A stretch of DNA of 64,000 bases from an uncultured Gammaproteobacteria bacterium (GTDB lineage Bacteria > Pseudomonadota > Gammaproteobacteria > DRLM01), in NCBI GenBank assembly GCA_963729605.1, contig CAVSNY010000007.1, positions 608,001 through 672,000 on the forward strand, given 5' to 3'. Below, piece after piece: positions 9,695 through 18,725 of the stretch. A program made the translations under genes and the position numbers. The notes beneath the pieces were generated by a model. It was not told where the DNA came from and ran no database searches. It was given only the letters and a program-made list of their open reading frames with translations. The stretch's first letter is position 1. Each line of letters begins with the position of its first letter.

Positions 9695-10828
9695 TCAAGG
9701 TTTAATCCAGTTTTTTAATTTCTCATCAAGCCGACCAAGATCGGCGCCGCAAACCGGGACAATGCCCAAGGCCTTGGCCAATCGCTTCTCCGCATCCCCT
9801 AATGATCGGTAACTCGCCAATAACCCTCGGGCGCCCAATCCGCCCACCCGGCGGCAAATTTCCGCGAGCTTGAACAGTGTATCGTTGGCTTTCGTCGAAC
9901 CTTCCTTGTCCATACGCGCCGTCTTACACTCGATCATGAATAGGCGATTGCGCGCCATGAAGGCGACGTCGAGTTCGTTCTTCACCCCCGAGCTATCCAG
10001 CACGACCAGATTAGCCGCCTTATCGCGGATCGCGAGTTCACCGGAAATGTCGGCGACTGTCCTGAAGACATATTGTTCCAGCCAGCCGCCCTTAGTGAAT
10101 GCGCGATCGGCCTCGCTGGCGAAGCACAGCGTGTTATCTTTCATTTCCAAAACACCCGCTTCGCTGAACTGGCGCAGCAGGGCTTCCAGGCCGCGGCTGT
10201 CCATGTGCTGTTCGGAAAGCGTGACATGCAACCGGTTCTTGTCTTCGGCCTCTTGTGCCAGCCAGTTGAGTTGGCCGAGCGGTTGTTGCAGGCTGCCGAC
10301 TTGAGTGATCAGGGTGCGCAGTAGATCATCGTGGCGCCTTTCAGACTGTGGGTGCCGAATACCTTCTTGCAACGTGAACCCATACCCGCGCAGATAATGA
10401 CGAAAACGCAATTGTTCCGACAGCTTCTGTCGAGCAGGTTTATTGTCCAACCAGATGACTTCATCCGTATCGACATCGACGTAGAATACCGACCACCCCG
10501 CGGCCTGCGCGACCGTTTGCGCGGCGAGCGCCATAAGTTTTGTGCCGCCGGTGACATTGAGTGCGATACGCAGCTTATCCCGCACGCTGGCAACTTCAAG
10601 CAATGCCTGCTCCAATTTTGCGAAATCGTGTTCATCGTCCAGCAGCACGCGGGTGGTCTTGACGCTGGCTTCTTTCAGTACGGATTCAAGGTCATCGGCA
10701 CGCGCCTGCATTTTTCCGCTGACCATCAGCACAACTTCGGTGGGCTTAAGCGCGGGATCGAGTGCCGCGAGCAGGTTTGGAGCGGCCTGAGCCGATACTA
10801 ATAGCACTTGGACATCGGCATTCAACAT
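9695..10828 (-). CDS. card1: Card1/Can2-like cOA-activated nuclease (CARF plus PD-(D/E)xK, DUF1887-like)
   Basis: LLVSAQAAPN and LNVTGGTKLM (CARF); GGWLE...NELDVAFMARNRLFMIECKT (nuclease). Confidence 0.85.
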   Translation of the reverse strand: MLNADVQVLLVSAQAAPNLLAALDPALKPTEVVLMVSGKMQARADDLESVLKEASVKTTRVLLDDEHDFAKLEQALLEVASVRDKLRIALNVTGGTKLMALAAQTVAQAAGWSVFYVDVDTDEVIWLDNKPARQKLSEQLRFRHYLRGYGFTLQEGIRHPQSERRHDDLLRTLITQVGSLQQPLGQLNWLAQEAEDKNRLHVTLSEQHMDSRGLEALLRQFSEAGVLEMKDNTLCFASEADRAFTKGGWLEQYVFRTVADISGELAIRDKAANLVVLDSSGVKNELDVAFMARNRLFMIECKTARMDKEGSTKANDTLFKLAEICRRVGGLGARGLLASYRSLGDAEKRLAKALGIVPVCGADLGRLDEKLKNWIKP

Positions 10829-11130
10829 GAAATTTTCTCCGTCCTATATTCCTCCACCCGCGCCCCGTAGCGGCGCATCGCCTCCGCCGTCAACTCGATG
10901 CCGCGCGCGTCCGGCGGCAAATCCAATGACAGGTGCAGATACCGCGCGCCGCGCGCGCAGACCTCGGCGGCAAGATTCACCGGCAGCGAACCGATCACCA
11001 CATCACCCCTGTCGACCTCTGAAACAGTAAGGTGAGCCACGAGTTTGTCGACGGTAATATTTTGCGAAACAGCCCACTCCACAGCGCCGGGGTGGCGGGA
11101 AACAAAGAAGACAGTCAGGAGCGCCCCCAT
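10822..11130 (-). CDS. csx16: CRISPR-associated Csx16 (putative ring nuclease)
   Basis: FVSRHPGAVEW...GDVVIGSLPVNLAAEVCARGARYLHLSLDLP. Confidence 0.88.
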   Translation of the reverse strand: MGALLTVFFVSRHPGAVEWAVSQNITVDKLVAHLTVSEVDRGDVVIGSLPVNLAAEVCARGARYLHLSLDLPPDARGIELTAEAMRRYGARVEEYRTEKISC

Positions 11131-11266
11131 TGCAGGCGCTCCTGCCTAAAAAAACAACACCACAAGATACCCTTCAACTGACCCTGCTCCGAAGGCGAAC
11201 AATAAATTGGGTCAACGAATCGTGAGGCCACGATCCACGTCCCGTTATTTACCTTCCTCGAAGTCC

Positions 11267-11283
11267 GTATTACAATGTAATAC
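11267..11283. promoter_or_regulatory. Putative TA operator/promoter inverted repeat
   Basis: GTATTACA-A-TGTAATAC is a perfect 8-bp inverted repeat containing a TACAAT -10-like hexamer, 33 nt before the antitoxin ATG. Confidence 0.6.
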
Positions 11284-11316
11284 AAGAGCCACTTTTGTAT
11301 CATGAGGAATTTCACC

Positions 11317-11532
11317 ATGGGGACCCTTACCATCCGTCTTGATGAGAAGCTCGAAAAGGATCTGAACCGTTTAGCCAAACGCGCGCATCGAACCAAGAGC
11401 GACCTGGCGAGGGAGATGCTACGCGAGCATGTCGCCCTGGCGCGCCTGGATGAGATTCGCCGCCGACTACAACCCAAAGCGGAAGCCGCCGGCTGGTTGA
11501 CCGATGAGGATGTCTTCCGGGATATCTCGTGA
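11317..11532 (+). CDS. Ribbon-helix-helix (CopG-like) antitoxin
   Basis: MGTLTIRLDEKLEKDLNRLAKRAHRTKSDLAREML; its stop overlaps the toxin start (GTGA). Confidence 0.85.
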   Translation: MGTLTIRLDEKLEKDLNRLAKRAHRTKSDLAREMLREHVALARLDEIRRRLQPKAEAAGWLTDEDVFRDIS

Positions 11533-11981
11533 GAGTCTTTCCCGATACCAACATCCTGGTCAGCGCAATGGTCACCCGTGGACTGTGCGAGGATCTGTTG
11601 CGTCTGCTGGTGCAAGGCCATCTGCGTGGACAGATGGAGCTTTTGATTGGCGCATCGGTCATGGATGAGCTGGAGCGTATTCTCCAGGACAAGCTGGGGG
11701 CAGACCGCGAAACCCTGGTGTTGGCGCGGGCCTTGCTCGCCGAAGGATTGAAAGTTCCGCATGGCGAACATCCCGCAACATCCATCGTCCCCGATCCGGA
11801 TGATATTCCTGTCCTCGGTTGCGCGCTGGCCGCAAAGACGGACATTTTTGTCACCGGTGACAAGGCGCTGCTCAATCTGAAGGTTGTTGAGGGCATGGCC
11901 ATCCTGTCGCCAAGGCAGATGTGGGAACGGTTGAGCATCACGAGCAAGAAAAGTGATACGCCTGAGACATCACTGTTCTAA
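11529..11981 (+). CDS. PIN-domain (VapC-like) toxin
   Basis: MRVFPDTNILVSA...E...DPDDIPVLGCA...FVTGDKALL acidic PIN motifs. Confidence 0.88.
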   Translation: MRVFPDTNILVSAMVTRGLCEDLLRLLVQGHLRGQMELLIGASVMDELERILQDKLGADRETLVLARALLAEGLKVPHGEHPATSIVPDPDDIPVLGCALAAKTDIFVTGDKALLNLKVVEGMAILSPRQMWERLSITSKKSDTPETSLF

Positions 11982-13697
11982 CATTTCTAACCACGACCGG
12001 AATTCGACTTTACGTTCTTTTTTAGATGGCCAATCAGTCCAGTCTTTTATCGTCTCGCGCAGAAGTATAGCTGCCACGTTACGTGCCGCTTTGTCATTCC
12101 ATTCTAATGTTTGCTTGAAAAACTCAAGCCGCTTTTGATCGAAAGCACTTCCAGCCTGATAGCGCCCTTTCTGTTTTTGTACCAAATAAAATTCGCGGAA
12201 TACTTCGACTGCCTGCATTTCGGGAGTCAACGTAGCCAGCCGTGCCTGACGCCCGGCCTCTTCTCGTGCGAGGCGGGCTTCTTCTTCGGCGCGCAGCCGG
12301 ATTTTTTCTGCTTCCTCGCGACGTTTCACTTCAGCCCCGATACGCATCTGCTCGAACTTAACCTGCTTCTCGACAAGCTTCGCAGCTAAGGCGCGGGCGC
12401 TGGCCAAATGTGGCTCACAGGCTGCCTTTAGCTCAGGCCATTCTTGAATTGACGTATCCACAGGTTGCAGTTCTACCAGTAACCAACCAAAGGGCAACAG
12501 GTTGGTGGATTGATCTTTTATGTCGGCGGCGAGCCAGAGGGTTTTGGCGGACTCAGCATATTCTGGTTTCTCATCTTTACTCTTCATGATCTTGATGTCG
12601 CGTACGCCCCGCAGAGTGATGGAGTCTGCTCCGGAATGACGCCCTACACGCAACAGGAAAGCCTCGCCTCTTTGCACACTTGCCCGCGCGATAGTCATAA
12701 GCGCCCGCACAGCCTTGTCCCAAGCGGAATCAAGGTAACCCCGCTCTCGCATGAGTTTGTTTTCGGCCTCCAGAATAGGCATGTAGAAGGCGTTGCAAGC
12801 GCGTGCTATGTCTTCGATTTTAAAGCGCAGGTCGTTAGCCGGAAGCTGGCGCTGCCCTTTGTGGCTGGTTTCGGATAAGCCGTCTACGGATTGCACATTG
12901 ACTTGACCGGCAAAGGCGCGGTAACGCCAACCGGAGATGCATTCGAGAATTTGATAGAGTTCCTTGCTCTCGGCTTGGGATTTTCGGATGTTACCTTGCT
13001 TATCTTTTACCTCGTTCTTCTTGCGATTAACAGCAACGTGTATCTGGGCGGCGGGCAAACCGGACTCCTCATGCCACGCGGCATCGGAGAGTTGCGTCAG
13101 GCGCATCGGGTCGAGCTCAAACTTTCCTGCTTGGTACCGGAATAGGCGTTGTTGCAGTTCCAGGTTATTTTCATTGCGTGGTCTGCCTGTGCGACGATCT
13201 TCGACTTTCTGCAGGCCCATGCCATCATTCACTCCGTCCAACAATGCTGTTCGAATCGCTCCCTTGAGCGATGAACCATACAGCACGGGTAACCGGGTGA
13301 TAGGATTGTAGCTGGTGCGGTCAATCTCCATCCGGTTCAACACCTGCTTGCCGTCGGCTTCGCGGTTTACAGTCTGGCCGATCCGGCTGGCGTAAAGCTT
13401 TGCCACGCCGGACAGCACAGGGATACGGTTGGTTGCACAAGGCATGATCTGTTCGCGCCGGTCGTGGAAATAGCGCTGAACGGCCTTGATCATATCCGTA
13501 TCCGGCTTACGGTTAGCAATATCAAGTAACACCTTGCGGTCGCTGGCCGACAGCGCATCCACCACGGATCCGGTATCGAACTCGTACAGCACTCCATCCT
13601 CGATGACGTAGTTGGTGGGTTCGTAACTCTCGCCCGTGCCGATATGGATGGGCGACAAGGGGGTAATGAACATTCGGTAACTTTCAAATCTGCTCAT
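11970..13697 (-). CDS. csm5: Type III-A RAMP subunit Csm5 with C-terminal extension
   Basis: TPLSPIHIGTG, YGSSLKGAIRTA, LRVGRHSG, LPFGW. Confidence 0.88.
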   Translation of the reverse strand: MSRFESYRMFITPLSPIHIGTGESYEPTNYVIEDGVLYEFDTGSVVDALSASDRKVLLDIANRKPDTDMIKAVQRYFHDRREQIMPCATNRIPVLSGVAKLYASRIGQTVNREADGKQVLNRMEIDRTSYNPITRLPVLYGSSLKGAIRTALLDGVNDGMGLQKVEDRRTGRPRNENNLELQQRLFRYQAGKFELDPMRLTQLSDAAWHEESGLPAAQIHVAVNRKKNEVKDKQGNIRKSQAESKELYQILECISGWRYRAFAGQVNVQSVDGLSETSHKGQRQLPANDLRFKIEDIARACNAFYMPILEAENKLMRERGYLDSAWDKAVRALMTIARASVQRGEAFLLRVGRHSGADSITLRGVRDIKIMKSKDEKPEYAESAKTLWLAADIKDQSTNLLPFGWLLVELQPVDTSIQEWPELKAACEPHLASARALAAKLVEKQVKFEQMRIGAEVKRREEAEKIRLRAEEEARLAREEAGRQARLATLTPEMQAVEVFREFYLVQKQKGRYQAGSAFDQKRLEFFKQTLEWNDKAARNVAAILLRETIKDWTDWPSKKERKVEFRSWLEMLEQ

Positions 13698-14665
13698 GCG
13701 GCCTCCCTGTTTCCGGGTAGTGCAATCCCCACGACCGGGGCATAACCCTGATGCACCGTGCCGGGAATAGTTTTGGACAACCGGCCGTCTCCACCCAATC
13801 CCTTACCAGTGAACAATGCACACAGTTCAGTTCCGATCTGCGGCGTTAGCACGGCACCGGTATTGGCCAGCAGCACAGGGGTTTTGAAAGGACCGCCCTG
13901 ACCATGCACGCCGATATCGCCATGGCGGCCGAACCGGGTAAAGGGCTGGTAGAAACAACGATCCGCATGCCACAACAAACCTTGCGGTGCGCAGGGAGCC
14001 AGCGTCAACCAAGCGTCGGCGTGAGCTTGGTTGGGAAAACCGAAGGGCTCAAATTCTTTTATTTCAAACTTGCCCAAGCCGATGCTGGCGTCACGCCCAA
14101 AGCCGACCGCGCCGATGTCAGCGAGTAGTTCCCGCAACTCGTCGGCGGCGAGCCGGGATTCATCCAGTACTAGGTAGACATCAAGGACAATTTCCCGCAC
14201 GTCCTTGTCGCCAAACCAAAGCTGGTTCATAGCATAGGGCGCGAACTGACCTTCGCCCGTAGTGCCGGTGTTGCGGTTCAGAGTGTTGTGCGGTTGCGGG
14301 TGTTCGGCCGCCGCTCCGCTGGGAATAGCGCTGGACGACAGACAATGCTCCAGCCAGGCCTCGACTGGCGCATGGAACTGGTCGATCGGCATCCAGGAAC
14401 GTTTTTTGACTGCCTTGCGGTCGGCACCCTTCACTTCATCGAACCAATGACCGGGCAACACCGGTCGCGGCAGATATCCTGTGGGAAAGGCGTCGGAAAC
14501 AACGACAAATGGCCCGCCCTGACTGTAACCATCCAGCAGTTCAACAAGACGCGCCTCGCCATAGCGATTACGCACCGCCCAACACAATTGGCCAAATAGG
14601 GTGTCGCCCATAGGTTTGGTGCCGAAGGCCGATAACGGAGTGATGCGAGCACGATAAGAACGCAT
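13694..14665 (-). CDS. csm4: Type III-A RAMP subunit Csm4
   Basis: GDTLFGQLCW, VSDAFP, HNTLNR, GFGRDASIGLGKF. Confidence 0.9.
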   Translation of the reverse strand: MRSYRARITPLSAFGTKPMGDTLFGQLCWAVRNRYGEARLVELLDGYSQGGPFVVVSDAFPTGYLPRPVLPGHWFDEVKGADRKAVKKRSWMPIDQFHAPVEAWLEHCLSSSAIPSGAAAEHPQPHNTLNRNTGTTGEGQFAPYAMNQLWFGDKDVREIVLDVYLVLDESRLAADELRELLADIGAVGFGRDASIGLGKFEIKEFEPFGFPNQAHADAWLTLAPCAPQGLLWHADRCFYQPFTRFGRHGDIGVHGQGGPFKTPVLLANTGAVLTPQIGTELCALFTGKGLGGDGRLSKTIPGTVHQGYAPVVGIALPGNREAA

Positions 14666-14675
14666 GGTCGTCGCC

Positions 14676-15398
14676 TCAGGCTACCTGGGTGGTTTTAGAA
14701 AGTTGAATCGCGCCGAGTTCCGGCAACAAGTCCCGGTCCACCAGCATCAGATTCGCGAACTTCACCTTGCCATATCCGCGCGAACCGGAACCGCCCAAGC
14801 CGGTGAGTTCCATGAGCTTGAGGCCGCGTAAGACCGTGGATAACAAATCTTCGCCATCGTGTACGCGCAGAGTGAGATTGAACTCGAAGCGTGCGCCGGC
14901 CGGTACCCGCTCGGTGTTGCGCGGATGTACTGCCACGCCGCGGATGCGGTCGATCATATTCTCCATCTTGGTCTCGGTGAGCAACAGGTTACGACGGTTC
15001 ATTTCTTCTACCCAGGTCTTGTCCAAAGAGCAATCCCAGAAGGCTAGACGAGTTGGACCAATCTCCTTTACCAAGGAGTCCTCGGTTTTTGGGTTAGGCG
15101 CACCTCCGAATAGTTTGAGTATATTTTTTGCCTGCATTTCGCTTTGCATTCCTTTTTTGATGTCCAGGAATCCAAGCGGCTCACCTTTTTCATTGATAAT
15201 GCCCAATTCCCATTCCAGCAAGCTGCGAATCTTGCCCTTGATACTGGAGCCGGGGATATATGGTTCGAGCGTAAGCGGATGCTTGATGACCGGATTGTCG
15301 GTGCCGCCGATGTGCATTTCGTTGTTGCCGCTGCCGATATGCAGGCCGGTGACGAGTTCCAGGGTGCCGGTGAGTTTTTGGATGGCAGTGAGTTTCAT
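14676..15398 (-). CDS. csm3: Type III-A backbone endoribonuclease Csm3
   Basis: TGLHIG, IGGTDNPVIK (catalytic Asp), YIPGSSIKGKIRSLLE, LGGSGSRGYGKV. Confidence 0.95.
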   Translation of the reverse strand: MKLTAIQKLTGTLELVTGLHIGSGNNEMHIGGTDNPVIKHPLTLEPYIPGSSIKGKIRSLLEWELGIINEKGEPLGFLDIKKGMQSEMQAKNILKLFGGAPNPKTEDSLVKEIGPTRLAFWDCSLDKTWVEEMNRRNLLLTETKMENMIDRIRGVAVHPRNTERVPAGARFEFNLTLRVHDGEDLLSTVLRGLKLMELTGLGGSGSRGYGKVKFANLMLVDRDLLPELGAIQLSKTTQVA

Positions 15399-15413
15399 GT
15401 CTTTTCTCCAGAA

Positions 15414-15875
15414 TCAGTCGTTACCAGGGCGTTCCTGTTTATAGAAACCCATGAAGGCTTCCCAGAATAATTTGCAGGCGGTGAGAGTTTCAGGGTCTTT
15501 CACTTCGCCGAGAGTGTGCTGCAACAGGTTGACGAATGTACGGTCCACAAGCTTGCGACCCTCGGCATAGGCAGCCTTGGCGTTGATCATGCGAATGAAG
15601 GGCAGATATTCGTCGAATTTCTGTGGTTGCTGATTGAGGCGTCCCTCCCATGCAACGAGTTCGTCGTAGAAACGACGTAACTGAGTGGACTTGTTGCTCT
15701 GGTTATCACCACGCGAAACAGCTTGAGCGGCATTCTGTGCCTGTGTATTGAACAGTTCAGGATCAAGTGGCTTTGCCAGCTTGATCGCGTTGAACTGTGG
15801 TGCAGGCGTAGCACCTGCTTGACGTTGTTGGGTGCGCTGTCCCTGTGGTGGGCGTTGTTGGCGGTGGTCAGGCAT
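15414..15875 (-). CDS. csm2: Type III-A small subunit Csm2
   Basis: NKSTQLRRFYDEL...AKAAYAEGRK...FWEAFMGFYK; ATG at 15875 after GAGGAG. Confidence 0.92.
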   Translation of the reverse strand: MPDHRQQRPPQGQRTQQRQAGATPAPQFNAIKLAKPLDPELFNTQAQNAAQAVSRGDNQSNKSTQLRRFYDELVAWEGRLNQQPQKFDEYLPFIRMINAKAAYAEGRKLVDRTFVNLLQHTLGEVKDPETLTACKLFWEAFMGFYKQERPGND

Positions 15876-15886
15876 ATCTCGTCTCC

Positions 15887-18628
15887 TCAATCACGTCGTT
15901 GATACAGGTAAGTGAACAGGGCGATTTTGTAAGCTGCCCCATGTGCCTCAATGCCGAGTCCGGCGATTTCCGTTCCGAGTTCTGATTGCAGACGGCGGCG
16001 TTTCTCCTCAGTCTCTTGCCGATCCCCGGTGCTTTTGATTTTGGTTTCCACCATGCGACGTGTGCGATAAGCGAACTGCGAATGCCACAAGGCGTTTTCG
16101 GGACGCTGGCTGATCTTCCCGGCCATGTCTGTGTAACTAAGCAAACTGTAGAGGTAACCGGTGGATAAGGCGTGCTCGCCTGCCACCCGTGACAGTCCGT
16201 CCTCGCGGTTCATGAGATGATCGAATCTCTCCCACGCAACCGAATGATCGAACGCGCTGACCGCGTTTTTAGGCGGGGGTTGCCGGTTATCCGGGTTGTG
16301 TGTTTTGGCACTGTCCAGCGCCTTTTCCGCGAGACGCGCCAGTTGCCGGATAGGCAGGCCCGGTTTGGTCATGGAGAGTCCCGCGGAAAAGTGGATGTCC
16401 GGGTTCTCCGCCACGTAGCGTCTGAAATCGTCCTTCATGCGTTGGGCCAGCTTGATGGTCGAATGCCAGGGACCGATGAGAAAGAAATCGTCACCGCCCG
16501 CGAACACCGTGTAGGTGTTTGGGAATTCGCTTTTGCACAACCAAGGCAGATAAATGGCGAAGAAGGCATTGACCTGCCGGGACAGGCCGGCCATGCGGGC
16601 GAAGGTCGGGCGCTCCAGACCCTTTTCAAAAATCCGCCCCAGATTGTCTACGTCCCCCTTGAGGGTCATGAGAGCGGTGACCCCAATGTAGCGATCTCGA
16701 CCGTCGCTGGTTTTGAGTGCGTGACCTTCCTCGTCGAACAGTGGTTGCCGGTCGTCGCAGGCGAGGTGGTTGAGCGTCTTGATCTCATCTGGATGCGGCT
16801 CGAAGTCTTCCACGTTCTCGATGCCGTGGTACCGGTCGGCTTCCCAGGCATTCATTGCACCGAAACGCGGAACGTAGGCATTGATATGACGGCGCGCATA
16901 GCCGCCCCATAACGGAGTATCGAGACTCTCCGGCAGCGAGAAGTCCCACGCACGCAGCAGATTGCCGATGCGGGCTTCATTGCCGAACTTGCCGGTGTCT
17001 TCCTCGCTCTCAGTGAAGTTCACCCGGAAACCGAAGATGGGCAGCCTCAGGGTGTGATGATCGAGACCATCGCGCGTGATGAGGACGCGTTTCTGCGTAG
17101 CAAGCCACTTGCCGGTGTCAATCTGATCGGCGGCAAGCCTGCACATGCCATCCATTTCGGCCGGAGAGCGTCCATCGATCTTGCACTCGCCATGTTCAAA
17201 TCGGTCTAGAAAGCCCTTGAACACGGCTGGAGTAATTGCGCCGTCACAGAGGCTCAGGCGGGTAAGCTTGGTTTCCTCCAGTTGCTTGAACAATTGCGTG
17301 ATCAGATCGCGGAAAGGACTTTCACCCTCCTTGCCGTGGCGAAAATCATTGGCCCGAGCCGGCAGCCAGGCCAGACCGATGCCGGACTGTCCGTAGGTAT
17401 GCTCCAGGAACCAGATATCCAATTCTTTTTGCACGTCTCGGAGTTTGGCGATAGTGTCCGGGGTGTTGGGCGCGACGATGAGAAACTTGCCGGCGGCATT
17501 GACCACTTGACTGATGGCGGGCAACGCCAGCGCCTCCAACACTTTGAGGGCGGCCAGCTCGCTAAGCAGTGAAACGTAAAACGAGCGGCCACGCAGCAAT
17601 TTGGCGGCGCGCTTCTGGGTCTGCCCGCCCTCGGCGAAAATAAAGTCCTGGATACCGAAGAAATCACCCTGCACCAACAGGAATTTCTTTGTGTCCCAGG
17701 CGGCATCCGATTCCGGCGTACCCACCCGCTCGCGGTCCCACTGAGCACGCAGTTGTTGTTTGGTGCTTTGCGTATCGTGACCCTGGTCGGTGTGGTATCG
17801 CCACAGCGCGACGGCAAGCCCGGCCGTGGTCTTGGAGTGGTCGTAGAGCGAGACATCGGGCCGCACATTGCCACCGATGCCCGCTGTCGCCGAAGGAATC
17901 GCATGTGTGAATGTGAGCCAGAGACTATCAAAGTGGTCAAGCCAGAGCGGCAAACTTATCCTGTGACTGGCGGGAATAACTTTCAGGCCATCTAGAAACT
18001 GTTTCCACATATCCAAATAACGTGCCTGCGCGGCAACTTTGTCCTCGTTTTCGCAGGATTCCTTCTTGACAGGGAAGATGGCTTTAGGAGAGAGGGCCTT
18101 GAGCGGATAGCGCCAATTCTGCGCCTCCGGTCTGTCCTCCAGGCGGACATGTTCCAGCAACGTCCACTGTCGAGTGGTGTAGTGATTAAGTTTCTTTTGT
18201 TCATCATCCGGCGAGGCGTTGTAGGTCTCAAACTCCTCCCGCTCGAAACCCGATGCCAGGCGATCGGCCGTGGCAATGATCCATTGCAGAAAAGAATCCG
18301 GCCGATGATGGCGGGCAGCGGCGTTGATAATCGAGTCGTCGGCATTGCGTTCCCGCCACGGCGCAAAAGGTGTCATGTCGTTGCCGACGATGTCCGGAAG
18401 ATGTGCTTCCAGCAGGTCCATGCCAATGGCGGTGTAGGCGGCGTGGATATGTGTGCGGCGACCATTGTACTCAGGGCAGTACAGCAGTTCATTGATGGAC
18501 TGACGAGTATTACCATCGGTATCTTTCTCTTTCGCCTCCTGGATGCGCGCACGTTCAGCGAACTTGCCCAGGTCGTGCAAGTAAGCCGCCAGTGCCACGC
18601 GACAGGAAGCATTCATCTTTGGTGTCAT
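15887..18628 (-). CDS. cas10: Cas10/Csm1 (HD nuclease plus Palm cyclase)
   Basis: AYLHDLGKF (HD), DVSLYDHS, GDFFGIQDFIF, KGDVDNLG, VFAGGDDFFLIGPW (intact GGDD). Confidence 0.97.
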   Translation of the reverse strand: MTPKMNASCRVALAAYLHDLGKFAERARIQEAKEKDTDGNTRQSINELLYCPEYNGRRTHIHAAYTAIGMDLLEAHLPDIVGNDMTPFAPWRERNADDSIINAAARHHRPDSFLQWIIATADRLASGFEREEFETYNASPDDEQKKLNHYTTRQWTLLEHVRLEDRPEAQNWRYPLKALSPKAIFPVKKESCENEDKVAAQARYLDMWKQFLDGLKVIPASHRISLPLWLDHFDSLWLTFTHAIPSATAGIGGNVRPDVSLYDHSKTTAGLAVALWRYHTDQGHDTQSTKQQLRAQWDRERVGTPESDAAWDTKKFLLVQGDFFGIQDFIFAEGGQTQKRAAKLLRGRSFYVSLLSELAALKVLEALALPAISQVVNAAGKFLIVAPNTPDTIAKLRDVQKELDIWFLEHTYGQSGIGLAWLPARANDFRHGKEGESPFRDLITQLFKQLEETKLTRLSLCDGAITPAVFKGFLDRFEHGECKIDGRSPAEMDGMCRLAADQIDTGKWLATQKRVLITRDGLDHHTLRLPIFGFRVNFTESEEDTGKFGNEARIGNLLRAWDFSLPESLDTPLWGGYARRHINAYVPRFGAMNAWEADRYHGIENVEDFEPHPDEIKTLNHLACDDRQPLFDEEGHALKTSDGRDRYIGVTALMTLKGDVDNLGRIFEKGLERPTFARMAGLSRQVNAFFAIYLPWLCKSEFPNTYTVFAGGDDFFLIGPWHSTIKLAQRMKDDFRRYVAENPDIHFSAGLSMTKPGLPIRQLARLAEKALDSAKTHNPDNRQPPPKNAVSAFDHSVAWERFDHLMNREDGLSRVAGEHALSTGYLYSLLSYTDMAGKISQRPENALWHSQFAYRTRRMVETKIKSTGDRQETEEKRRRLQSELGTEIAGLGIEAHGAAYKIALFTYLYQRRD

Positions 18629-18680
18629 TGCATTTCCTCCCAATGCCGATTGTCATCTTTCCCCGCGCCGACTGCCGTTC

Positions 18681-18695
18681 CGGCAAGCTTGCGGC
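18681..18695. promoter_or_regulatory. GGCAAGCTTGC box 2, upstream of cas10
   Basis: CGGCAAGCTTGCGGC in the intergenic region, identical over 15 bp to box 3. Confidence 0.6.
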
Positions 18696-18725
18696 AGGCT
18701 GCCGCGCGTGACGCCGTTCGATGAT

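Noticed and set aside
15548-15558. Near-copy of the box (ACAAGCTTGC) inside csm2
   Set aside because: It is mismatched, lies within coding sequence (RKLV) and is explicable by codons.
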